This document shows, piece after piece, positions 35,780-46,018 of a DNA stretch of 54,565 nt (its first letter is position 1; every line of letters begins with the position of its first letter). The translations under genes were made by a program, and so were the position numbers. The notes below the pieces were generated by a model that saw only the letters and a list, made by a program, of their open reading frames with translations, was not told the origin of the DNA and did no database searches. Origin of the DNA: a virus (Duplodnaviria; Caudoviricetes); the IMG/VR virus record IMGVR_UViG_3300010388_000206, positions 1-54,565 of that record; one strand, 5' to 3'.

Positions 35780-37588
35780 ATGACAACTGAAACCTATCTT
35801 GGGATTACAATCGACAAAGGGAGAGACGCACTTTTCGATGAACTTGGACTGAAGCGTCTAAAAGAATCGTACATGAAAGATGACGAAACATCACCCCAAG
35901 AAAGATTTGCATTTGTTTCAAGGGCTTTTGCTACAAACGATGCACACGCACAGCGCCTGTATGACTATGCCAGTAAGCATTGGCTATCATACGCTACACC
36001 AATCCTATCGTTTGGTCGTACAAACAATGGTATGCCTATCAGTTGCTTCCTTAACTACATTGAGGATACTGCTGAAGGTCTAGTCAAGAACTATGAAGAA
36101 ACAAGCCGCTTGTCTATGATGGGCGGCGGTGTTGGTATTGGTTTTGGTATCCGCTCTGCTGGCAGCAAGTCAACAGGTGTTATGCCTCACCTTAAGACAT
36201 ACGATGCAGGTTCTATGGCATATCGTCAGGGCCGCACTCGTCGTGGTTCGTATGCAACATACTTGAATATCAGTCACCCTGATATCACAATGTATCTTGA
36301 AATGCGTAAGCCTACTGGTGATCCGAACGTCCGCTGTTTGAACCTTCACCATGCTGTAAACATCACAGATGACTTCATGGAAGTTATTGAACGCTGCATG
36401 ATTGATCCAGAAGCTGATGATTCGTGGCATCTTCGTGATCCACATTCTGGTGAGATTCGTGAGACAGTTTCTGCAAGACACCTATGGCAGTCACTGCTTG
36501 AAATCCGTATGCAGACAGGCGAACCATACATTCACTTCATCGACACGTCTAATCGTTTGATGAAGGATTTCCAGAAGGCTCTTGGTTTGCGTATCAATCA
36601 GAGCAACCTTTGCAGTGAAATCATTCTACCAACTGATAAGGACCGTACTGCTGTATGTTGCTTGTCTTCACTAAACCTAGATCATTTTGATTCATGGGGC
36701 AAGGATGGTATCATTGAACCGTTCATTCGTGACGTTGCTGAAATGCTTGACAACGTTCTTCAGTACTTCATTGATAATGCTGATCGTAATGTAGCACGTG
36801 CAATCTATTCGGCTTCTCAAGAACGTTCAATCGGTCTTGGTGCTCTAGGCTTCCATGCCTATCTACAGAAGAAGAATGTTGCATTTGAAAGTCCTGTTGC
36901 CAAGGCAATCAACATCAAGATTTTCAAGTCTATCAATAATGCTATGGAAAAGGCTAACCTTGAACTAGGCGCAGAACGTGGTGAAGCACCTGATGCTGTT
37001 GGTACTGGTCGCCGCTTCTCCAATTCAATGGCGATTGCACCTAATGCATCAACATCATTGATCATGGGTAACACGTCAGCTTCTATTGAACCAATGCCAG
37101 CAAATGCTTATCGTCAAGACACATTGTCAGGAGCTTTCTTGAACAAGAATAAGTATCTTGACAAGATTATCAGCAAGGAAGCTGAGAATCATAAGGATGG
37201 TTGGTACGATGACGTATGGTCAAGTATCATCGCTAACGATGGTTCTGTGCAGCACTTGAATTGGCTTGACGATGACACCAAGGCAGTATATAAGACTGCA
37301 ATGGAAATCGATCAACGTTGGGTTATTGACCTAGCGGCTGATCGTCAACAATTTATCGATCAAGCTCAATCACTTAACGTATTCTTTAGACCGACTGCCA
37401 ACATCAAGTACCTACATGCGGTACACTTTCTTGCTTGGAAGCGTGGTCTTAAGACACTTTATTACTGCCGCTCAGAAAAGATCGGTAAGGCTGATAAGGT
37501 TTCGAAGAGAATTGAGCGTGAAGTAATCAAAGAAATCGACATGCAGAGCCTAGTAGATGGCGATACCTGCATAGCTTGCGAAGGATGA
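35780..37588 (+). CDS. nrdA: class I ribonucleotide reductase alpha subunit
   Basis: PISCF, SNLCSEI, IAPNAS, KTLYY, C-terminal CIAC; no ATP cone evident. Confidence 0.96.
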   Translation: MTTETYLGITIDKGRDALFDELGLKRLKESYMKDDETSPQERFAFVSRAFATNDAHAQRLYDYASKHWLSYATPILSFGRTNNGMPISCFLNYIEDTAEGLVKNYEETSRLSMMGGGVGIGFGIRSAGSKSTGVMPHLKTYDAGSMAYRQGRTRRGSYATYLNISHPDITMYLEMRKPTGDPNVRCLNLHHAVNITDDFMEVIERCMIDPEADDSWHLRDPHSGEIRETVSARHLWQSLLEIRMQTGEPYIHFIDTSNRLMKDFQKALGLRINQSNLCSEIILPTDKDRTAVCCLSSLNLDHFDSWGKDGIIEPFIRDVAEMLDNVLQYFIDNADRNVARAIYSASQERSIGLGALGFHAYLQKKNVAFESPVAKAINIKIFKSINNAMEKANLELGAERGEAPDAVGTGRRFSNSMAIAPNASTSLIMGNTSASIEPMPANAYRQDTLSGAFLNKNKYLDKIISKEAENHKDGWYDDVWSSIIANDGSVQHLNWLDDDTKAVYKTAMEIDQRWVIDLAADRQQFIDQAQSLNVFFRPTANIKYLHAVHFLAWKRGLKTLYYCRSEKIGKADKVSKRIEREVIKEIDMQSLVDGDTCIACEG

Positions 37589-37592
37589 TATA

Positions 37593-37826
37593 ATGAAAGC
37601 AATTATTTACTCAAAGCCAGACTGTGGCTTTTGCGTTAAGGCAAAGGAATTCATGACAGGTGCAGATATTGAGTACAGCGAATATACTGTAGGACCAGAT
37701 ATCCTATGGGAAACTGTACAAGCACGTGCACCTGTTGAAATCACAACAGTTCCACAAATTTGGATTGATGGACAATATGTCGGTGGATACACAGATTTAG
37801 TTAAGTGGTATTCGGAGAACCTATGA
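37593..37826 (+). CDS. nrdC: glutaredoxin
   Basis: CGFC, TVPQI, GGY. Confidence 0.92.
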   Translation: MKAIIYSKPDCGFCVKAKEFMTGADIEYSEYTVGPDILWETVQARAPVEITTVPQIWIDGQYVGGYTDLVKWYSENL

Positions 37827-38818
37827 TGGTAAAGAAAAACAAAGAAGTCTGTCTAACCGACACAAGATCATTCTTCAAGCCATTCAGCTATGAGTGGGCG
37901 TATAATGCTTGGCTAAAGCATGAGCAGAGTCATTGGCTTCATACTGAAGTACCGATGCTTGAAGACCTTCAGGATTGGAAGAAGTTTCTTACAAATGAAG
38001 AGAAGTACTTCCTAACAAACATCTTTCGTTTCTTCACACAGGGAGACATTGACGTTGCAGATGGTTATGTGAATAACTACCTGCCTCACTTCCGTCAACC
38101 TGAAGTGCGTATGATGCTCTTAGGATTTGCTGCACGTGAAGCCCTTCACATTGCTGCATACTCACACCTAATCGAAACTCTTGGTATGCCTGAAGCTACG
38201 TACTCACAGTTTCTTGAATATGAAGCTATGAAGGATAAGCACGACTACATCACAGAGCTTTCTGTGGTTGATGGTGATAAGCAAACGATTGCTGCTAACA
38301 TTGCAGCATTCTCAGCCTTCACTGAAGGTATGCAGCTATTCTCTTCATTCATTATGCTATTGAATTTCCCTCGTCATGGTCGTATGAAGGGTATGGGTCA
38401 GATTGTTACATGGTCAATCGTTGACGAAACTATCCATGCCGAATCAATGATCAAGGTATTCCGCACATACATTCAAGAGAACAATGAAATCTGGAATGAT
38501 GAGTTGAAGGCACGTATCTATGCTATTGCTGAAAAGATGGTAGAGCTTGAAGATAAGTTCATCGATCTTTCCTTTGAAATGGGTCCGATGCAGAACCTAA
38601 CATCAGATGAAGTCAAGAAGTATATTCGTTATATTGCTGATCGTCGCCTGATTGCTCTTGGCCTAAAGGGTATCTTTAAGGTGAAGAAGAATCCTCTACC
38701 ATGGGTTGAAGGTATGATCAATGCTCCATCACACACAAACTTCTTTGAGAATCGCTCTACAGACTATGCTAAGGGTGCTCTCAGTGGAACTTGGGAAGAC
38801 GTATGGGCAGCATCATGA
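37823..38818 (+). CDS. nrdB: ribonucleotide reductase beta subunit
   Basis: EALHIAAY, EGMQLFSSF, DETIH, NFFE. Confidence 0.96.
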   Translation: MMVKKNKEVCLTDTRSFFKPFSYEWAYNAWLKHEQSHWLHTEVPMLEDLQDWKKFLTNEEKYFLTNIFRFFTQGDIDVADGYVNNYLPHFRQPEVRMMLLGFAAREALHIAAYSHLIETLGMPEATYSQFLEYEAMKDKHDYITELSVVDGDKQTIAANIAAFSAFTEGMQLFSSFIMLLNFPRHGRMKGMGQIVTWSIVDETIHAESMIKVFRTYIQENNEIWNDELKARIYAIAEKMVELEDKFIDLSFEMGPMQNLTSDEVKKYIRYIADRRLIALGLKGIFKVKKNPLPWVEGMINAPSHTNFFENRSTDYAKGALSGTWEDVWAAS

Positions 38819-39135
38819 AGAAATCTATGACCTCTCTTTTTTCTGAGAGAAACAAAGCAAATCATGCTGGTGTCATCGAAGGTAGTACTTGGAGACACTA
38901 CAAAGGAACGATATATAGAATAACAGATATTGCATTCGATTGTGATAGCAATGAAATGTTGATCATATATCAGGTCGAAGATGAATATGAAAAGAACTAT
39001 CCTGTTAGCTTTTCTAGACCGTATAGCCAATGGCATGATGAAATCGAAGAAGGCGTTAAGCGTTTCGAACAGGTTGATGTTAGAATATTCTATATGACAG
39101 ATAAAGAGTATCGTGAGTACAATAGGAGAAGCTAA
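38815..39135 (+). CDS. DUF1653-like protein
   Basis: WRHYKG..Y...A...IIY...SRP pattern. Confidence 0.75.
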   Translation: MKKSMTSLFSERNKANHAGVIEGSTWRHYKGTIYRITDIAFDCDSNEMLIIYQVEDEYEKNYPVSFSRPYSQWHDEIEEGVKRFEQVDVRIFYMTDKEYREYNRRS

Positions 39136-39311
39136 TGTATATTAGTCTAGATAATGATAAGTGGGATGATTTGGGTAAGAGATACTTTGTGTTGGAGTGG
39201 TCCCGCAAAAAGGAATCAACTGCTGTTCATCTCGTTCTTGAAGATGAGCATGGTAATATTATTACTCGTACTGAATCTTCAACACAAATTGTTGTGGAGG
39301 AAATGAAGTGA
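39135..39311 (+). CDS. small hypothetical protein (58 aa)
   Basis: Read from sequence; AGGAG RBS. Confidence 0.65.
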   Translation: MYISLDNDKWDDLGKRYFVLEWSRKKESTAVHLVLEDEHGNIITRTESSTQIVVEEMK

Positions 39312-39484
39312 TACAGCCATACGCTAATGTAGATACTGCTGTTGATGGCATGGCTGGTGACTATTGGAAACTAATCACTGTAGCTATGATCAATAATGAT
39401 GTTGACTTACTATATGATACTGCGATCAATCTGAAAGCTCTGGAAGAAGCCAGAAAATCCGTAAAGAAACAACTAAAACAATAA
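39308..39484 (+). CDS. small hypothetical protein (58 aa)
   Basis: Read from sequence; GGAGG RBS; GTGA overlap. Confidence 0.6.
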   Translation: MIQPYANVDTAVDGMAGDYWKLITVAMINNDVDLLYDTAINLKALEEARKSVKKQLKQ

Positions 39485-39499
39485 AAAAGGAAGACAAGA

Positions 39500-39643
39500 A
39501 TGAAGTGGTACGAATGTGGGGGATGTTTATCAGAGTTTCGTGTCGTATCTGATGAAGATGCGCCTATTGAATATTGCCCATTCTGTGGTTCTGTGATAGA
39601 AGACAAAGAAGAAGATGAAGAAGACCCTGAGGAAGAATACTAA
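39500..39643 (+). CDS. 47-aa Zn-ribbon protein with acidic tail
   Basis: Read from sequence: CGGC...YCPFCG. Confidence 0.7.
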   Translation: MKWYECGGCLSEFRVVSDEDAPIEYCPFCGSVIEDKEEDEEDPEEEY

Positions 39644-39670
39644 ATACTCCACCTAATAGTGGAGTATGGT

Positions 39671-40096
39671 ATGACTTGGTTATATAAAAATGAAGAAGTA
39701 GTTGACTTACCTGAAGGATGTGAAGCCTTTGTTTACTTGATTACTAACAAAACCAATGGTATGAGATATGTTGGTAAGAAATTAGCAAAGTTTAAGGTGA
39801 CAAAGGCTCCACTTAAAGGTAAGAAGAACAAAAGACGTTCTACCAAAGAAAGTGATTGGCGAGAGTATTGGGGGTCTAGTGATCGACTGAAGTATGATAT
39901 AGAACAACTTGGTCCTGAAAATTTTACTCGTGAAATCTTATACTTCTGTCCAAGTAGAGGTATTGCCAGCTATTTGGAAGCAAGAGAACAGTTTGAGCGT
40001 AGAGTGTTAGAAACCGATGATTATTATAATGGTATCATAAATGTTCGAATCGGTGGATCAAATATTTTAAAACAATTCTTAAAAAACATATTTTAA
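39671..40096 (+). CDS. GIY-YIG nuclease-family protein (short, T4-like conserved type)
   Basis: FVYLITN...YVGKK, ESDWREYWGSS, YYNGII. Confidence 0.8.
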   Translation: MTWLYKNEEVVDLPEGCEAFVYLITNKTNGMRYVGKKLAKFKVTKAPLKGKKNKRRSTKESDWREYWGSSDRLKYDIEQLGPENFTREILYFCPSRGIASYLEAREQFERRVLETDDYYNGIINVRIGGSNILKQFLKNIF

Positions 40097-40112
40097 AAAG
40101 GAATCCCATGAG

Positions 40113-40499
40113 TTGTCTAAGGTACTAGAGCACAAGCATCTGATCGTAAGAGCAGAACTAAACAATCCACCAACATGTGCAGAAGCCATCCAAGAATGGA
40201 TGAAGAAACTTGTGGATAAGATTGGAATGAAAATTCTCATGGGGCCATATGCAGTGTATTCTGATATGGTTGGTAATCGTGGTTTGACCGCAGTTACTAT
40301 CATTGAGACGAGTCATATAGCCATGCATGTATGGGATGAAGACGAACCAGCACTTATGCAACTTGATGTGTATACTTGCAGTACTTTAAATATAAGTGAT
40401 GTTTTTGAAGCAATTGAAGAATTCAAGCCTGTAAAAGTAGAATATAAGTACATTGACAGAGAAAATAGTCTGTTTATACTTGACAAGAAAATAGATTGA
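40113..40499 (+). CDS. speD: pyruvoyl-dependent S-adenosylmethionine decarboxylase-family protein
   Basis: HKHLI, IIETSHIAMHVW autocleavage region, LDVYTC; TTG start. Confidence 0.8.
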   Translation: MSKVLEHKHLIVRAELNNPPTCAEAIQEWMKKLVDKIGMKILMGPYAVYSDMVGNRGLTAVTIIETSHIAMHVWDEDEPALMQLDVYTCSTLNISDVFEAIEEFKPVKVEYKYIDRENSLFILDKKID

Positions 40500-40508
40500 T
40501 CGTATATA
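40480..40508 (+). promoter_or_regulatory. sigma70-type promoter
   Basis: TTGACA-17-TATATA. Confidence 0.6.
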
Positions 40509-40550
40509 CCCTATAGGGTATAAACACAGAATATACCCTATAGGGTATAT
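40505..40550. repeat. two copies of the palindrome TATACCCTATAGGGTATA (operator-like)
   Basis: Copies at 40505-40522 and 40532-40549. Confidence 0.9.
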
Positions 40551-40588
40551 AACAGTAGTGGTGTTAAATATGAAAGGTGATGTTAAAT

Positions 40589-40858
40589 ATGGGTAAAAAA
40601 GTAAAGCGCAAGACTTATGTCTCAAAGGGTCAGCGCCGTTCGATTGGTCGTTGGGCAGTTAATGCTGTTCGCCGTGATAAGTCAGATGTTGAGAAGGCTA
40701 TCAACAAGCTAGATGCTTGGAGAGCAGGTAAAAATCCTTGGATTACTGTTCCCGGTCCATCAAGCAATATGCTCTTCATTAAGGTACGTGCAAACACACT
40801 GTACGGCAACCCAAAGAATGCAACTGCAAATATCTATGGAAATGCAGGTCAAGAATGA
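40589..40858 (+). CDS. basic hypothetical protein
   Basis: YVSKGQRR...AWRAGKNPWITV. Confidence 0.75.
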   Translation: MGKKVKRKTYVSKGQRRSIGRWAVNAVRRDKSDVEKAINKLDAWRAGKNPWITVPGPSSNMLFIKVRANTLYGNPKNATANIYGNAGQE

Positions 40859-41853
40859 GTGAGTTGAACATTTTTGGTAAGGACACTCTGGCAAAAAATG
40901 CTATGGGTGGTACCGAACTTATGAAGTATGGCCTTGAGAAACGTCTTCCTAAAGACCTTCTATCAAATTTTCAAATCTTTGTCTCACGTATCGAAGAAGA
41001 ATTCGATGAGACAAAGATTCGTCTACTGTGGTGTCATGATCTACCAAATGATCCTGCATCACTTCATCTAGCTAACGGTGGATGGAAGAACTTCCATCGT
41101 ATCATCTTTGCATCAAACTGGCAGATGCAAGCATATATTCAAACCTATAATATTCCATGGTCACATTGCGTGGTCATGCAGAATGCTATCGATCCTATCG
41201 AAGATCATGAGAAGCCAAATGATGGTACGATTCGTCTTGCCTATTGGTCAACTCCGCATCGTGGTTTGAACATCCTTGTACCTGTATTTGATAAGCTATG
41301 TGAAAAGTATGACAACATCGAACTTGATGTGTACTCTTCATTCAAGCTCTATGGATGGGAACAACGTGATAAGGAATTCGAACCTCTCTTTGAGCAGTGT
41401 AGAAATCATCCAAAGATTAATTATCATGGAACCGTACCAAACGCAACTCTACGAGATAATCTCAAAAAAACCCACATCTTGGCGTATCCATCAACTTGGC
41501 CCGAAACGTCATGTATCACGCTTATGGAAGGCATGTCTGCTGGATTGATGTGTGTGCATCCTAACTTTGCTGCACTCTATGAGACAGCGGCAAACTGGAC
41601 GCACATGTATCAATGGCATGAAGACCCAAATCATCATGCTTCGATCTTCCACAGTGTTCTTGATAGTTCTATCAATGGTTTCTGGGAAGAAGGTGTACAG
41701 TCTCGCCTATCATCACAGACTGCATATGCTAACGTGTATTACAACTGGAATATTCGTGCAATGCAGTGGGAAAGTTTATTGACCTCTCTATTGGCCATGC
41801 CACGTGCATTGCCAAAACCTGAGGGACAATTCTTTCAGTATAAAACATCCTGA
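40855..41853 (+). CDS. glycosyltransferase (GT-B, GT4-like)
   Basis: GGTE, STPHRGL, YPSTWPETSCITLMEGMSAG. Confidence 0.88.
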   Translation: MSELNIFGKDTLAKNAMGGTELMKYGLEKRLPKDLLSNFQIFVSRIEEEFDETKIRLLWCHDLPNDPASLHLANGGWKNFHRIIFASNWQMQAYIQTYNIPWSHCVVMQNAIDPIEDHEKPNDGTIRLAYWSTPHRGLNILVPVFDKLCEKYDNIELDVYSSFKLYGWEQRDKEFEPLFEQCRNHPKINYHGTVPNATLRDNLKKTHILAYPSTWPETSCITLMEGMSAGLMCVHPNFAALYETAANWTHMYQWHEDPNHHASIFHSVLDSSINGFWEEGVQSRLSSQTAYANVYYNWNIRAMQWESLLTSLLAMPRALPKPEGQFFQYKTS

Positions 41854-41930
41854 TACGTATAGAAACTCCTTGACATGCCTCATGGATGCTGTAATATGAC
41901 CAATCGACTTATAGTGTCCATGAGGAATGT

Positions 41931-43043
41931 ATGTTAAAGACAGTAAAGAAAAAGACAGTAGTTCGCCGCCCAAAGTTTGCAGACGAACGCTGGACAGGTC
42001 CAGAACCAGAAGATGATGTTGTCATCGTTAATGGATCAGATATTCGCTTTAGTAAAGCACTAAGTTGGTATAATTATTATTATGACACCGATCAAGCTAA
42101 GGTTTGGTTGTTGGAATACATGAATAAAACTAACTATTCTGAAACTCTCATCTCTAACGTTAAGTCAGCACCAGCCATTCGTACAGTAACCACTGTAGGT
42201 TGGTTAGCTAGACTCATGCTTAAGGGATGGAAACTTCCTGAAAAAACAATGCAGAATTTCAATTCTCGCATCGAAGAGAATGCGTCATTTGGCAAGCGTG
42301 AAAAGAAAGAAGACGAAACACCTAAGGTTGTTGTCAACATTCAAGAAAAGATCGCTGCTAAGGCACGTGAGCTTCGTGGTAAGCTAGACGAACATATTGA
42401 TTTATTTACCTTTGATGGGGTGGATGAAAACTTCTCACTGTACAATTTCCTACAGACAGAAAAGCCAAGCCCTGTTGGCATGAATCTGATCCTAACTTAT
42501 GTCACCGCTCTTTATGAAGAGTTGGTCTCTAAGGAAGGGTATGAGCACCTAACGACAGCAAAGTATAAGTCATGGCTCAAGTTCCATAAGGGACTGGTGG
42601 ATGATGCCAATCGCTATCATTCGAACATGAAGATTACTCGTCAGGTGCGTAAGCCACGTGCTATCAAGGTTAAGCCAGCCGCTAAGTTGGTTGAAAAGAT
42701 GAAGTTCAAGAAGGAAGATACTGAGCAGAAGTTGGTCAGTATCAATCCTGTCGATATCATCAAGGCTCAAACATTGTGGGTTTACAACACTAAATATAGA
42801 CAGCTATCAGTGTATCATGCAATTGATGATGGTGGTTTGTCAGTAAAGGGAACGACTATTACTCAGTTTGATGAGAAGAAGTCTGTCGCTAAGCGTCTAC
42901 GCAAACCACAGGAAGTATTGCCTCAATTGCTTGGTGCAGGTAAGATTGCTCTTAGGTCATTCATGGATGGCATTAAGACTAACACAACTGTGCCAACTGG
43001 TCGCATCAACGAAGATGTAATCTTATTGAGGATAATTAAATGA
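41931..43043 (+). CDS. conserved T4-like hypothetical protein
   Basis: LWVYNTKYR...KGTT...LRKP...GRIN C-terminal domain. Confidence 0.8.
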   Translation: MLKTVKKKTVVRRPKFADERWTGPEPEDDVVIVNGSDIRFSKALSWYNYYYDTDQAKVWLLEYMNKTNYSETLISNVKSAPAIRTVTTVGWLARLMLKGWKLPEKTMQNFNSRIEENASFGKREKKEDETPKVVVNIQEKIAAKARELRGKLDEHIDLFTFDGVDENFSLYNFLQTEKPSPVGMNLILTYVTALYEELVSKEGYEHLTTAKYKSWLKFHKGLVDDANRYHSNMKITRQVRKPRAIKVKPAAKLVEKMKFKKEDTEQKLVSINPVDIIKAQTLWVYNTKYRQLSVYHAIDDGGLSVKGTTITQFDEKKSVAKRLRKPQEVLPQLLGAGKIALRSFMDGIKTNTTVPTGRINEDVILLRIIK

Positions 43044-43402
43044 CAGATAACGTAGTGATGTTCCCAAGGGCTAAGAGAGATATCCCGCTTCAAACAAGAG
43101 AAGAAGTTGAAGCAAAGGTCATGGAAGCAAGAAAGGAACACATTGAATATGTCATTGATGAAACTCTATCATTTGTGTTCAGTCGTTGTTATGAAGAAGG
43201 ATTTAATTTAAACAACGATGACTGCTTTAAGACTACGGGTATGTTGGTTGAATCTATGAGGGCGGCTCTGTTTAGATCAGTAGGCATGAGCCACCCATTA
43301 CATAATGTTGCTGAAGAACTTTTTGTCAGTGATGAAGATGCAATTGAGCAAACTGAAAATATTATGTCGAAAAGTCTTGACAGTGAGTACACAGAAGACT
43401 AA
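43040..43402 (+). CDS. hypothetical protein
   Basis: NVVMFP N-terminus; GAGGA RBS. Confidence 0.75.
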   Translation: MTDNVVMFPRAKRDIPLQTREEVEAKVMEARKEHIEYVIDETLSFVFSRCYEEGFNLNNDDCFKTTGMLVESMRAALFRSVGMSHPLHNVAEELFVSDEDAIEQTENIMSKSLDSEYTED

Positions 43403-43431
43403 ATACATGATGAAATATAAGGTATGATAAT

Positions 43432-44289
43432 GTGTTTATAGTCGATCTATCTCAAACGATGATTTCTACGTTCATGGCAACGATTGGAAATCATACTAAC
43501 ATTCCAGTAGAAGAAGACCTTCTACGTCATATGGTGTTGAATGCTATACGTAGTTACAATGTCAAGTTTCGTAATGAGTATGGTCAGATGATCATTGCTT
43601 GTGATGATCGCCGTAGTTGGCGTAAGGAGATGTTTCCTTACTACAAGGCGAATCGTCATAAAGACCGTGAAGAGTCAGAAATCGATTGGAACACCGTATT
43701 CGAAGTTCTCAATAAGGTTCGTGACGAACTCAAAGAATATTTCCCCTACAAAGTTATTCATATCGACAGAGCAGAGGCTGATGATATCATTGGCACTCTC
43801 GTACACGAGCATGGAAACACTGTCGAAAGAATCTTGATTGTTTCTGGCGATAAAGACTTTCGCCAGTTGCAGACGTATGTCAACGTCAAGCAGTACGATC
43901 CCACCCGCAAAAAATATCTAGAAGAACGTGATCCTGATCGCTATCTACGTGAGCATATCTTGCGTGGCGACAGAGGTGATGGTGTACCCAATTTCCTTTC
44001 ACAAGACGATTGTTTTGTGGTTGGTGTCAGGCAGAAGCAACTAAGAGATGCAAAGGTTGACCTATGGGTCAATCAGAAGCCTGAACATTTTTGTGATGAA
44101 GTAATGTTGAAGCGTTACAATCGAAATAAGCAGATGGTTGATCTATCCCTGATCCCAGAGGATATCAAAGAATCCATCAAACAAGAATATTCTAAACAAC
44201 AAGAAGTAAAGAAAAGCAGAAATGATCTTTTTAACTACTTCATCGAACATAAACTCAAACATCTCATTGAAAACATTAATGAATTTTAA
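43432..44289 (+). CDS. rnh: RNase H / 5'-3' exonuclease (T4 rnh-like)
   Basis: YYKANR, EADDIIG, SGDKDFRQL, GDRGDGVPN. Confidence 0.93.
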   Translation: MFIVDLSQTMISTFMATIGNHTNIPVEEDLLRHMVLNAIRSYNVKFRNEYGQMIIACDDRRSWRKEMFPYYKANRHKDREESEIDWNTVFEVLNKVRDELKEYFPYKVIHIDRAEADDIIGTLVHEHGNTVERILIVSGDKDFRQLQTYVNVKQYDPTRKKYLEERDPDRYLREHILRGDRGDGVPNFLSQDDCFVVGVRQKQLRDAKVDLWVNQKPEHFCDEVMLKRYNRNKQMVDLSLIPEDIKESIKQEYSKQQEVKKSRNDLFNYFIEHKLKHLIENINEF

Positions 44290-44301
44290 TAGGAAAATAT
44301 A

Positions 44302-44715
44302 ATGGCACGTAAATCAATCGCATGGATTTTGGATTTCGCATCGAAGTTACCGAATGAGGAAGAAAAAATTAAATGCTTACAAGCAAATGACAATTTTGCT
44401 ATCAGAACAATCCTACAAGGTGCGTTTGATCCTAAGCTTAAGTGGCTTCTTCCAGAAGGTGATGCCCCTTACACACCTTGTGAATATCCAAACATGGAAA
44501 ATTCGCTATACCTTGAAGCAAGACGTTTGTACCTTTTTGTTGAAGGTGGAAACAACAATTTGACACCTCTCAAGAGAGAAGCTATGTTTCTTGAGTTGCT
44601 ACAAACAGTAACCCCTGAAGATGCAAAGATGCTTATCGCTGTAAAGGATAAGAAGCTTCCGTTCGAAGGATTAACCGCAAAGACCGTACTAAAGGCATTT
44701 CCAAACCTTTTTTAA
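44302..44715 (+). CDS. conserved T4-like hypothetical protein
   Basis: LPEG..PY, KREAMF.ELL, KDKKL. Confidence 0.8.
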   Translation: MARKSIAWILDFASKLPNEEEKIKCLQANDNFAIRTILQGAFDPKLKWLLPEGDAPYTPCEYPNMENSLYLEARRLYLFVEGGNNNLTPLKREAMFLELLQTVTPEDAKMLIAVKDKKLPFEGLTAKTVLKAFPNLF

Positions 44716-44731
44716 CATTACCGGAGCATTT

Positions 44732-44893
44732 ATGAGTAAGAAGTTTTCACGCACAAAGTTCGATGATTTCCATGATGACGATGATTACAATGGATATCAC
44801 GATAATTTGAAAGAACGCAGAAAGCTAAAAAGAATGAAAAATGCGATCAAAACTCGCAACATTGATTCTCTCATGGACTTGGATGAATATTAA
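44732..44893 (+). CDS. small hypothetical protein (53 aa)
   Basis: Read from sequence; GGAG RBS; TAATG coupling. Confidence 0.65.
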   Translation: MSKKFSRTKFDDFHDDDDYNGYHDNLKERRKLKRMKNAIKTRNIDSLMDLDEY

Positions 44894-45195
44894 TGCCAAC
44901 TTATACCTTTAGAGATAAAACAACTGGCGAAGAATGGGATGAATTCCTGTCCTTCGCTGGTCGTGAATCTCGTCTCCAAGATTCCAATATCGAACAAGTA
45001 CCGTGTGCGCCAAATTTCATATCTGGTATTTCAGGCGTAACACATAAGACCGATGGTGGTTTCAACGACATGCTTTCTCGTGTCGCTGATGCAAACCCAC
45101 ACTCACCCCTTGCCCAGACACATGGGAATAAGGGTATCAAAGAAACCAAGACTAGGGAAGCTGTTAACAAAGCAAGAGCAAAGCAGCCTTTTTAG
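44893..45195 (+). CDS. hypothetical protein (FmdB-like N-terminus MPTYTF)
   Basis: MPTYTFRD...DGGFNDML. Confidence 0.7.
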   Translation: MPTYTFRDKTTGEEWDEFLSFAGRESRLQDSNIEQVPCAPNFISGISGVTHKTDGGFNDMLSRVADANPHSPLAQTHGNKGIKETKTREAVNKARAKQPF

Positions 45196-45248
45196 AAAAT
45201 CGTATAGATTATGCTTCAGTGATAACACTAACAACACTAGGAGCCAAT

Positions 45249-46004
45249 ATGGTAGCCAGAAGCACTCAGCGTTTAACTAAAAGACAACAAAGACTAGCTG
45301 AAAAAGGAACAATAAAACTCGTGCCATCTATCAAGCAACAACACTTTGATTTGAAAGAAATATATCCTATCACAGACAATCAACTAAAAACATTTGATGC
45401 TTATGATGATGGTAAAAATTTGTTCTTACATGGTTGTGCTGGTACTGGCAAGACATTCATTTCCATGTTTCTCGCTCTAAACCAAATCATGAATGAGAGA
45501 ACCAAGCTAAAAAAGTTGGTTATTATTCGCAATACACAGTCTTCTAAAGATCAAGGATTTCTACCGGGTAATGTCAAAGAAAAAGGCGAAGTTTTCGAAG
45601 CAGCATATAGAGCCATCTGCTGCGAGTTGTTCAACCGTGATGATGCTTATGACATACTTAAGCAAAAAGGAATCATCGAATTCCACACCACATCATACCT
45701 TCGTGGAACCACAATCGAAGACGCAATCATCCTAGTTGATGAAGTTCAGAATCAACGCTATGTCGAGTTGAGAACTGTCTTGACAAGAACCGGAGATAAC
45801 AGTAGGGTGATTCTTTGCGGTGATACGAAGCAGGATGACCTGTCTTCAACTCGCTACAACGAAGTGTCCGGTCTTAAGGATATGATGAAAGTGTTCGAAC
45901 GTATGGGCTTCATGACTACCGTTCAGTTTGGTATTGATGACATTGTGCGTTCTGGCTTTGTGAAGTCGTTTATTATCGCTGAGTATGAATTAGGTCTATA
46001 TTGA
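45249..46004 (+). CDS. phoH: PhoH-family ATPase
   Basis: GCAGTGKT, GFLPG, RGTT, DEVQN, GD..Q.D, DIVRS. Confidence 0.94.
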   Translation: MVARSTQRLTKRQQRLAEKGTIKLVPSIKQQHFDLKEIYPITDNQLKTFDAYDDGKNLFLHGCAGTGKTFISMFLALNQIMNERTKLKKLVIIRNTQSSKDQGFLPGNVKEKGEVFEAAYRAICCELFNRDDAYDILKQKGIIEFHTTSYLRGTTIEDAIILVDEVQNQRYVELRTVLTRTGDNSRVILCGDTKQDDLSSTRYNEVSGLKDMMKVFERMGFMTTVQFGIDDIVRSGFVKSFIIAEYELGLY

Positions 46005-46018
46005 TAAGGAATTAAATC

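Noticed and set aside
6088-38818. Introns or inteins in gp43, gp41, td, nrdA or nrdB
   Set aside because: All are uninterrupted, of ordinary length, and show no splicing motifs
39671-40096. Mobile homing endonuclease
   Set aside because: Catalytic domain only, with no DNA-binding tail; looks like the conserved short GIY-YIG gene of T4-like phages
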